Origin: a virus
Taxonomy: Duplodnaviria > Caudoviricetes
IMG/VR virus record: IMGVR_UViG_3300048861_000049
Location: 1-31,295 of that record
Length of the DNA: 31,295 nucleotides
Reading direction: 5' to 3' (one strand)
How positions within the stretch are numbered: position 1 is the stretch's first letter; the number at the start of each line of letters is the position of its first letter. The position numbers and the translations under genes were made by a program. Of the stretch, positions 24,808 to 31,295 are shown piece by piece. The notes under the pieces were generated by a model. The model did no database searches. It saw only the letters and a program-made list of their open reading frames with translations, and was not told where the DNA came from.

Positions 24808-25910
24808 ACAATGCAGTCGCCGAGCGCCCGCAGCGCACCGCCGCCGACATCCTCGGCACCAGCAAGCAGAGCGCCGTCAAGTCGCAGGCCACCACGGTCG
24901 AGCAGTCCCGCGCGATCACCGAAGTGCAGGCCGCCGTCGTCGTGGCGCAGAGTCATCCTCGGGATAAGGCTCGCGCGCTGAACGAAGCGCTGGAGTCCTG
25001 CCGTACCCGCGAGGTCGCGGAAGGCGCCTTCTTCAAGTTCAACCGTGGCGGCGGCAGCGTGGCGGGCGAGACCATCCACCTGGCGCGCGAGCTTGCCCGG
25101 TGCTGGGGCAACATCGACTACAAGATTTCGGAGCTGAACCGCGATGACGAAGCGGGATCATCGGAGATGCTCGCAGTCGCGTGGGATCTGGAGACCAATG
25201 CCCGGTCCAGCCTGACCTTCATCGTGCCGCATCTGCGGGACAAGAAGGGCGGCGCGGTGCGCCTGACCGACGTCCGCGACATCTACGAGAACAATGCCAA
25301 CATGGGCGCCCGCCGGCTGCGCGAGTGCATCTTCGCGGTGCTGCCGCCCTACCTCGTGAAGTCGGCGGCCGATGAATGCCGCAACACGCTGGAGCGCGGC
25401 GAGTCCGAGGAGCCGATCACGGTTCGCATTTCGAAGCTGCTCTCCGCCTTCGCGCAGATCGGCATCGACAAGGCACGGATAGAGGCCAAGCTTGGGCCGG
25501 TCTCGCAGTTCACGCCGGTGGATTTGGCGAACGTCCGCATAGCCTACCAGAGCATCCGCCGCGGCGAGATCATGGCGGAGGAGGAGTTCCCGCGCATCGA
25601 TGGCGCAGCGCCGGCCGCGAGCAGGCTGGATGCCTTTGAGCAGGCGGTGACGGGCAACGACGGCACGCTGTCGGCAGAGAACCCGAACGCGGCCGAGGGG
25701 CCATCCGATGAGCAGCGTGGCGAAGATCTCAACTGGACCGTCCGCGCCATGTCGATCGCGAATGATCTGTCCGAGGCCCCGACCGCCGATGCTGTCGGCG
25801 ACATCATGGATCGCGAAGCCGAGACGCTTCAGGTGATGGACACCGAGAGCCGGGCGCATGTGATGAAGGCTCGTCACGACGCGCTGACCGCACTGCGGGG
25901 CGGGAAGTGA
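24804..25910 (+). CDS. Putative single-strand annealing/recombination protein
   Basis: Follows the exonuclease; RGG.SV.GETIHLARELARCWGN and ARRLRECIF motifs; acidic disordered tail. Family not assigned. Confidence 0.55.
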   Translation: MNNAVAERPQRTAADILGTSKQSAVKSQATTVEQSRAITEVQAAVVVAQSHPRDKARALNEALESCRTREVAEGAFFKFNRGGGSVAGETIHLARELARCWGNIDYKISELNRDDEAGSSEMLAVAWDLETNARSSLTFIVPHLRDKKGGAVRLTDVRDIYENNANMGARRLRECIFAVLPPYLVKSAADECRNTLERGESEEPITVRISKLLSAFAQIGIDKARIEAKLGPVSQFTPVDLANVRIAYQSIRRGEIMAEEEFPRIDGAAPAASRLDAFEQAVTGNDGTLSAENPNAAEGPSDEQRGEDLNWTVRAMSIANDLSEAPTADAVGDIMDREAETLQVMDTESRAHVMKARHDALTALRGGK

Positions 25911-26122
25911 TGAGCTTCACCGCACAATGGGGATGGCCGCAGTGGATGCTGATCGTCTGGATGTTCCTGAGCTTCATGGTTGAGGCGGTCCAGCATGGCA
26001 CTCCGAGGCTCCAGACTGCTGGCGTGCATAAGGGTGAGCCGTTCGACCACAACGGATTTGTCGCGCTCGGGAAGATGGGGTTCATCATCTTCATCCTGAT
26101 AGCCGGCGGTTTCTTCCGCTGA
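25910..26122 (+). CDS. Small two-TM membrane protein
   Basis: WGWPQWMLIVWMFLSF and FIIFILIAGGFF. Confidence 0.7.
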   Translation: MSFTAQWGWPQWMLIVWMFLSFMVEAVQHGTPRLQTAGVHKGEPFDHNGFVALGKMGFIIFILIAGGFFR

Positions 26123-26217
26123 TGCGCTGGTCCACCCTCCTCCTCCGAGCGATCACCTTGGGCTTTGGAAGCTCCTTGGGCCGCACCCTACAACGCTCTT
26201 TGTGGAAGGGATTGTGA
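26122..26217 (+). CDS. 31-aa cationic amphipathic peptide (not in ORF track)
   Basis: MRWSTLLLRAITLGFGSSLGRTLQRSLWKGL*; TGATG overlaps at both ends. Confidence 0.5.
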   Translation: MRWSTLLLRAITLGFGSSLGRTLQRSLWKGL

Positions 26218-27119
26218 TGAGCAGTGTCGGCAGCTGGGTCGATGGCCTCGCCGAATGGACTGAGGGCGACACTGCTTTCATCTCGGTTGCATTCAGTTGG
26301 AAGGTCTCGGAAGCTTATTCACGCGCGGCATGGTTCCGGGCTACCGGATATCATGTTCGCGCTGGTGGACCGGGCCTGTTCACTCCGAAGGCGCAGGAGC
26401 GGCTTGGTGCGATCGCCGAGTTGGGAGGCGCCATTCCTGATGCTCTCCGCCATCATAACCCGATGGCTACAAAGGCTAGCGAAGGCTGTCCGGTTGGCTG
26501 TCACTTCTGCATCGTGCCGGCCATGGAAGGGCGCACGTTCACACTGCTTCCTGATTTCCCGGTGCGGCCTGTTCTGACCGACAACAATCTGTCCGCGCTG
26601 CCGGCCGACTATCAGCAGCACATCGTGGAGCGGTATCGCCTCTCCAAGGTGAAGCTGCTGGATGCCAACAGCGGTTTCGAGCCGGCGACCTTCGACGAGG
26701 AAGTTTTCGAGCGCTGGCAGCCGATCAATAAAGGGCCTTGGCGCTTTGCCTATGACGAGAGCCGCGAGCGCGATGACGTCTATCGCGTGACGCAGATGCT
26801 TCGCCAACGCGGCGTCGGCGCTCGCCGGATGCAGGTCTATGTCCTGATCGGAAACGAGCCGTTCGACGCCTGCATGGGCCGCATCCGCGAAGTGATCGAA
26901 TGGGGCGGCGAGCCTTACGTTCAGCCGGTGATGAAGCTGAATGCCGAGACGCGCGATCCTTGGGTTCGGTTTGATTGGACCGACCAACTTCTTCGAGAAG
27001 TCCAACGCTGGTCGCGTCCCATCATCCGCCGGAAGACACCGAATTTCGCCGACTACGACGCGGGCGCAAAGACGATCCGCGATCCTGAAGCCGGCCGACA
27101 GATGGAGTTCGCCGCATGA
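26217..27119 (+). CDS. Radical SAM protein
   Basis: SEGCPVGCHFC (CxxxCxxC), LTDNNL, RFAYD and VYVLIG. Confidence 0.85.
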   Translation: MSSVGSWVDGLAEWTEGDTAFISVAFSWKVSEAYSRAAWFRATGYHVRAGGPGLFTPKAQERLGAIAELGGAIPDALRHHNPMATKASEGCPVGCHFCIVPAMEGRTFTLLPDFPVRPVLTDNNLSALPADYQQHIVERYRLSKVKLLDANSGFEPATFDEEVFERWQPINKGPWRFAYDESRERDDVYRVTQMLRQRGVGARRMQVYVLIGNEPFDACMGRIREVIEWGGEPYVQPVMKLNAETRDPWVRFDWTDQLLREVQRWSRPIIRRKTPNFADYDAGAKTIRDPEAGRQMEFAA

Positions 27120-27340
27120 CCCAACAGTCTGAGATCAGCCGGAAGGGGCCTTGGATCGAGTGGAACGGTAGTGAATGGGATCGATCACCGGTTGCTGATG
27201 GCCGTCATATCGAGGTGCGCTTCAGGAACGGTTGCGAGACTGATCTGGAAGCACCGGAAATGCTCCGGTGGGACCATCTTCCCGAGCAGGCGGACTGCGA
27301 CATCATCGCCTACCGCATTGTTCAGGGAGACCAGGCATGA
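27116..27340 (+). CDS. Small phage protein
   Basis: WIEWNG...VRFRNG...WDH...DIIAYRIV; ATGA overlaps. Confidence 0.7.
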   Translation: MTQQSEISRKGPWIEWNGSEWDRSPVADGRHIEVRFRNGCETDLEAPEMLRWDHLPEQADCDIIAYRIVQGDQA

Positions 27341-27666
27341 CCCCGATCCCGCCCGAGTTGGTCGCGCGCTGTGTGGCCTTGGTTCGGCGCATGGGCGTAG
27401 ATGATCCGTATTCAGCCAGTAATAATGACTACGAAGTCGCCCGCGCCATCACTAAGCTTCTTCCCGCGCCTATCGATCCTGATCTAATCGAAGCGCGCAA
27501 ATTGGTGTCCGTCTTCTGCATAATGTCTGCCGATAGCTACATAGACGGCTCTCAGGACGACACGCCGTTCATCCGTATCGCCACCAAGGCCATCAAGCGC
27601 GGCCGCTCCCTCGCCCACACTCAGGAGGCTGGGCAATCCCCCCGCTCGGAAGAAGGTGCGCGGTGA
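27337..27666 (+). CDS. Hypothetical protein
   Basis: Start ATG 27337; PIDPDLIEARKL motif. Confidence 0.65.
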   Translation: MTPIPPELVARCVALVRRMGVDDPYSASNNDYEVARAITKLLPAPIDPDLIEARKLVSVFCIMSADSYIDGSQDDTPFIRIATKAIKRGRSLAHTQEAGQSPRSEEGAR

Positions 27667-27878
27667 TGAAAGGCGATCTGCGCTGCGTCGAAGGACGCCT
27701 GTTCCGCCACGATCCTCAATCGGATGACCCGTATCTGGAGACCGATGTCGGGCAGTGCCCGGATTGCGAGGGTGATGGATGCCCTTGCGATCATTGCGAC
27801 GGCACGGGCTCCATATTCAAGGGCGACTTCATCGATTGCCCGAAATGCCAAACCCCGAAAGCAGGAGTCCAGTCATGA
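27666..27878 (+). CDS. Small Cys-rich zinc-finger protein
   Basis: CPDCEGDG, CDHCDGTG and CPKC. Confidence 0.7.
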   Translation: MKGDLRCVEGRLFRHDPQSDDPYLETDVGQCPDCEGDGCPCDHCDGTGSIFKGDFIDCPKCQTPKAGVQS

Positions 27879-28594
27879 GCGGGGGAGATGTGCCTGTGGT
27901 GCAGGTCGAGCAGTGTGACCGTGAGGCTGCTGCCGCATGGCTCAACATGTGGGACGTAGCAGTTCCGCATGACACTATCCGTCACGGCAAACGCGATCGC
28001 CATACATTGGTCCAAGCCTTCGCTCGGCACCGCGCCGCAGCCGTGGCGGGGGTGGGCTGGCAGGGCGATGAGAGCGAGCTGAGAGCGCTGTTGGACCGGA
28101 TCGCAGAACTGGAGCACGAGGCCAAGCTGTTCGACGAGGACCATGCCGACCAGAACCGCATGGTGGATCGCATTGCTGAGTTGATCGGATTGCCGCACGA
28201 TCAGGAACTCGACACGACAGCTTTCGAGGCATGGTTCAGCAGGGCCATCGGCAAAGGGCGCCAGGACGACAAAGAATCGCTGATCGACTTCTTCGACGAA
28301 GCCCTGTCCGAAAGCCTCGAAGCAGAATGGACAACGCGAAAGGGTGCCAAGCACTGCGCCGGGATGATCGAGCGCGCTGGCCTTTGCCTGATGCCTGTCG
28401 CCTGCACCGATGAGATGCTTGATGCCAAGGACGCGCGGATTGCCGAACTGGAGGCGGCGCTCCGTCCGATAGCCGAGATGTGCGATTTCTTCGCTGTCGG
28501 GCATCATGGCCAAGTAAGCGCCCGCGATTTGCGCCGCGTTGCTGAGGCCCTGAGCGCCACCGCCCGGCGGGAGAGCGGGGAGGGGGTGGAGTGA
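27875..28594 (+). CDS. Hypothetical mosaic coiled-coil protein
   Basis: Start ATG 27875; VEQCDREAAA, LVQAFARHR and RIAELE (twice). Confidence 0.65.
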   Translation: MSGGDVPVVQVEQCDREAAAAWLNMWDVAVPHDTIRHGKRDRHTLVQAFARHRAAAVAGVGWQGDESELRALLDRIAELEHEAKLFDEDHADQNRMVDRIAELIGLPHDQELDTTAFEAWFSRAIGKGRQDDKESLIDFFDEALSESLEAEWTTRKGAKHCAGMIERAGLCLMPVACTDEMLDAKDARIAELEAALRPIAEMCDFFAVGHHGQVSARDLRRVAEALSATARRESGEGVE

Positions 28595-28812
28595 TGGCCA
28601 CGATCGATCTTTCCGTAGATCCGGCCGTCCGTGAGCGGATCGCTCAGCATTATGAGCGCAAGGCCAAGCGCAGGGCAATCGCGTGCGCCTCCGCATGGAT
28701 GGAACGCTTCGCCGAGATGACCCGCGCCGGCCATGTCAATGCCTTCATCCGCCGCGTCGAGCGCATGGCCGCGCGGCGCGCCACCCCGCTTCAGGGAGAC
28801 CTTTTCTCATGA
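28594..28812 (+). CDS. Hypothetical basic protein
   Basis: Coupled overlaps; ends in QGDLFS, resembling a beta-clamp-binding motif. Confidence 0.6.
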   Translation: MATIDLSVDPAVRERIAQHYERKAKRRAIACASAWMERFAEMTRAGHVNAFIRRVERMAARRATPLQGDLFS

Positions 28813-29390
28813 CCACCCAAGCCACCCCGCATTCGGGGGCCGCCACTTTCCGAGATCTGCTTGATGAAGCTGCCGACTATATTGAGGCGACCGGCCGAGT
28901 AGGCTTTTACGATGAAGGCGGCTCGACCGAATTGTCATCGCGCATTCGCGAGGCCCTCTCCCACCCACCCGCTCCCGTCGCGGCTCCTGATGGCGATTGG
29001 GCGCGGGCGATAGAGGCGGCGGCGAAGGTGGCGGATGGGTTTGCCGAGCCGAACGGCCATCCCCGGACTGAATTTGATCGGGGGTATGAAAACGCCGCGC
29101 GGAAGATTGCCGCTCGTCTCCGCGCCCTCGCCCCGCAACCCGCCGCCCCCATCCCGGCGCCTGAGGGCGATGGCAGCTGCATCATCAATAACATCGAGGA
29201 GGCTGCGGAGATCATAATCGACCGTCTCACAGGAGATGCTGGCGGATGGGCCGGTCTCAAGGTGGAGGCGTGGGTCGAAGGTCAGACCATGACCGTGATG
29301 TTCCACGACACGATGCAGTTCGCAAAATTTCGTCTGGTCAGTCTGCGCGACAAGCCCAGCGCTGCCGACATGCGGGGAGAGCCGGCATGA
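28809..29390 (+). CDS. Hypothetical protein
   Basis: Start ATG 28809; AIEAAAKVAD...IAARLRAL. Confidence 0.65.
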   Translation: MTTQATPHSGAATFRDLLDEAADYIEATGRVGFYDEGGSTELSSRIREALSHPPAPVAAPDGDWARAIEAAAKVADGFAEPNGHPRTEFDRGYENAARKIAARLRALAPQPAAPIPAPEGDGSCIINNIEEAAEIIIDRLTGDAGGWAGLKVEAWVEGQTMTVMFHDTMQFAKFRLVSLRDKPSAADMRGEPA

Positions 29391-29965
29391 CACATGATAA
29401 CGCCCCCATCCCGGCGGGTGAGCCTTCTGGCTATGCTGATCTTTTGGCTCGGCTGGACGATTGGGCTCCGGGCACGACCGCCGTCCGGAAAGACTGTCTC
29501 GAAGCAGCCGCTGCTATCCGAGCACTGCTAGCCCAACCCCCGGCGGGTGATCGCGAGGCTGTGGCGCGGATCGTCAAGGCCCAGCTCGATAGCTTGGGTC
29601 TGGTTGACCCCGATTTTGTCGATGCTGACAAGATTGCGGGATGCGTAGCCGACGCGCTCCTAGCCGCCCTCCGCACCCCGCCCGTCGAGAGCGAGGCTGT
29701 GGCGCTGCGGGAGGTTGAGGGTCCGCAGCCGTTGCCGGCCCGATATTCCTGCTTCGGCTGCAAGCATCTGTTGGAAGAGAGATGGCGCGAGCCCAGCGGC
29801 GACGGGGAGACGTTCGATAGCGGCGATTCGGCAACGTGCATGGCGATCACCACCGAGCACGGCGGGAAAAACATCAGCGCCTATTGGGGGCGAAACAACC
29901 CGCCGCCGACGTGGTGCCCCAAGCCGCTCCGCACGCCGGCTGCTGACCCCACCGGGGAGGCTTGA
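29387..29965 (+). CDS. Hypothetical protein with Cys-rich C-terminal domain
   Basis: Start ATG 29387; CFGCKH...C...PTWCP. Confidence 0.65.
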   Translation: MTHDNAPIPAGEPSGYADLLARLDDWAPGTTAVRKDCLEAAAAIRALLAQPPAGDREAVARIVKAQLDSLGLVDPDFVDADKIAGCVADALLAALRTPPVESEAVALREVEGPQPLPARYSCFGCKHLLEERWREPSGDGETFDSGDSATCMAITTEHGGKNISAYWGRNNPPPTWCPKPLRTPAADPTGEA

Positions 29966-29968
29966 GAG

Positions 29969-30424
29969 ATGGGCAAGGAAGTGCTGACATTCCGTCAGTC
30001 GGATCACTACAACGGCGGCCGGGAATGGTTCGGATATGGTGGAGAGTGTCGCCAGCATCCGCGCATCTATCTTTTGACCCGCAGTTTCAGGAGTAGCCGG
30101 ACCACTGAGTACGAATATTCGGTGGACGGCGAAAAGGTGCGCGACCTCGCAGCAGCTTTGGAGCGCATCAAGTCGCCGCCGATCGTCGCCGATGATGAGC
30201 GTGCAGCATTGCACCTCGTCTCTACGGATTGGTCCGAGCGGCATGCATGGAAGAGTTGGGAAGGCGGTTACTCAATGGCGCACCAATTGCGCCGAAAGGG
30301 TCTGATCGAGGCAGATGACGGACGCATCCGACTGACGGAGTTGGGCCGCGCCCTCCAGCCCACCGCCCCCGGCGCGGATCGGGACGCCGCCTCACCGGCT
30401 CCGAAGTCGGGGGAGAAGGCATGA
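29969..30424 (+). CDS. Hypothetical protein with winged-helix-like C-terminus
   Basis: SD GGAGG; LRRKGLIE...IRLTELGR. Confidence 0.65.
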   Translation: MGKEVLTFRQSDHYNGGREWFGYGGECRQHPRIYLLTRSFRSSRTTEYEYSVDGEKVRDLAAALERIKSPPIVADDERAALHLVSTDWSERHAWKSWEGGYSMAHQLRRKGLIEADDGRIRLTELGRALQPTAPGADRDAASPAPKSGEKA

Positions 30425-30696
30425 AGGGCTGGGACGAACCCCTGCTAGAGGCGGCCTATCCAAGCGAGGATTGCGGTTGCCCTGTCGAGGACTGGGTTTA
30501 TCGTTCCGTCTGCCTCCAACTCCACTTTGAACCAGACGGTTCGCTGGAAGTGTTCGCCGACACGGGCGACTGGCAAGAGGAAGTCGCGCTGAAGGCGACG
30601 ACGATGGAATCTGCCCGCGCAGAAGCCTTCGCTTGGGTCGATCGCCTGCCCGTCGAAGGCTCGACACCGGCTCCGAAAGAGGAGGGTGAGGCGTGA
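30421..30696 (+). CDS. Acidic hypothetical protein
   Basis: ATGA/GTGA overlaps. Confidence 0.6.
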   Translation: MKGWDEPLLEAAYPSEDCGCPVEDWVYRSVCLQLHFEPDGSLEVFADTGDWQEEVALKATTMESARAEAFAWVDRLPVEGSTPAPKEEGEA

Positions 30697-30947
30697 CCTA
30701 TCGCCAGAAAGGTGTAACTTACTGCGTCCTTATCGGGGCCGCCGCCATGTTCACGCTAGCCGCTGGCCTACTTGGTGACTGTGGCCTGTTGGGGACATCC
30801 TTTTCGTGCGCAATGCTTGGGTTCGCCTCCGTTGGAGCGGTCTTCGCTGTGTCCGATATCGCCACCAGAGAGCCTAGCAGGAGCGCTAATCCCGAATCTG
30901 CAAAAGGTTCGACACCGGCTCAGGAAGGGGAGGGGCACCGTGGGTGA
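30693..30947 (+). CDS. Small two-TM membrane protein
   Basis: Two hydrophobic segments; SD GGAGG. Confidence 0.55.
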   Translation: MTYRQKGVTYCVLIGAAAMFTLAAGLLGDCGLLGTSFSCAMLGFASVGAVFAVSDIATREPSRSANPESAKGSTPAQEGEGHRG

Positions 30948-31131
30948 GGATCACCGCAAAGTATTCCGATCGCCAGATGGCAAAATAGAAATAACGACCA
31001 ACGTCCCCGGATTCCGCTGGCCCACGCGCGAGGAGAAGATTGCCGGGCTCCTAAGCGCTGGCCTGATCGATGAAGCGGAGGCCGAGCGCTTACGCGCCAC
31101 CACCGCCCAGCCCGAGGAGGATTCGGAGTGA
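30940..31131 (+). CDS. Small hypothetical protein (63 aa)
   Basis: GTG 30940 after GGAGG; [13 protein letters not shown]. Confidence 0.55.
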   Translation: MGEDHRKVFRSPDGKIEITTNVPGFRWPTREEKIAGLLSAGLIDEAEAERLRATTAQPEEDSE

Positions 31132-31295
31132 TCCGCGTCGAGCATATCGGGTTGGCAACTCTATACCTAGGAGATTGCAGGGATATCCTGCCGACGCTCG
31201 GCGAGATAGATGCTGTCGTGACAGATCCGCCATATGGCGTGAAGGAGCGGACGGCTCGAAAATCGAATGGCCGTGGGCGTGGCGGCGATAGCCGG
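31128..31295 (+). CDS. N4-C/N6-A DNA methyltransferase, 5' part only (not in ORF track)
   Basis: [37 protein letters not shown]; open to the window end. Confidence 0.9.
   Translation, partial: MIRVEHIGLATLYLGDCRDILPTLGEIDAVVTDPPYGVKERTARKSNGRGRGGDSR

Larger units (their letters stand above)
1..31295. mobile_element. Temperate prophage or phage genome segment: tail start, head, packaging, replication, immunity and early-left modules; both ends lie outside the window
   Basis: Contiguous phage genes in two divergent arms around a cI/cro switch, with terminase, portal, capsid and tail tube. Many ATGA/TGATG gene overlaps. Confidence 0.97.

Noticed and set aside
21832-30667. Long minus-strand ORFs across the PL arm
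   Set aside because: Shadow frames of the coupled plus-strand genes.
30904-30921. GGTTCGAC as a tRNA T-arm or att core
   Set aside because: No flanking tRNA structure, it lies within coding sequence, and no integrase is in the window.

Overview
This window is the central part of a temperate prophage with a lambdoid regulatory layout. High GC and gene content point to an alphaproteobacterial, probably Sphingomonadaceae, host (inference). The minus strand, read right to left, carries cro, early genes (CII-position gene, tandem-HTH protein, GapR-like, RuvC-like), a DnaB helicase and DUF1376/YdaU initiator, then terS/terL, a DUF1073 portal fused to an Acb1-like 2H phosphoesterase, gpF, DUF2213, a decoration protein, a DUF2184 major capsid protein, an inserted pair of signal-peptide proteins (small beta protein plus GH5 glycanase), neck genes and a tail tube gene cut by the left edge. 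The plus strand carries a cI repressor with three small downstream genes, then the PL operon: an apparently permuted GHKL ATPase, YqaJ exonuclease, putative annealase, radical SAM protein, many small ORFs and a DPPY DNA methyltransferase cut by the right edge. Main observations: (1) a four-copy late-promoter architecture ATCGGCCGYAATC-N18-YANNNT, with three copies exactly 7 nt before an ATG; (2) an exported GH5 and partner inside the head operon; (3) a portal-Acb1 fusion with candidate maturation sites at the junction; (4) five TATACG-N4-CGTATA-type operators; (5) several small ORFs absent from the ORF track. No integrase, lysis cassette, tRNA or CRISPR array is visible. All family assignments come from motif recognition by eye, not database searches.
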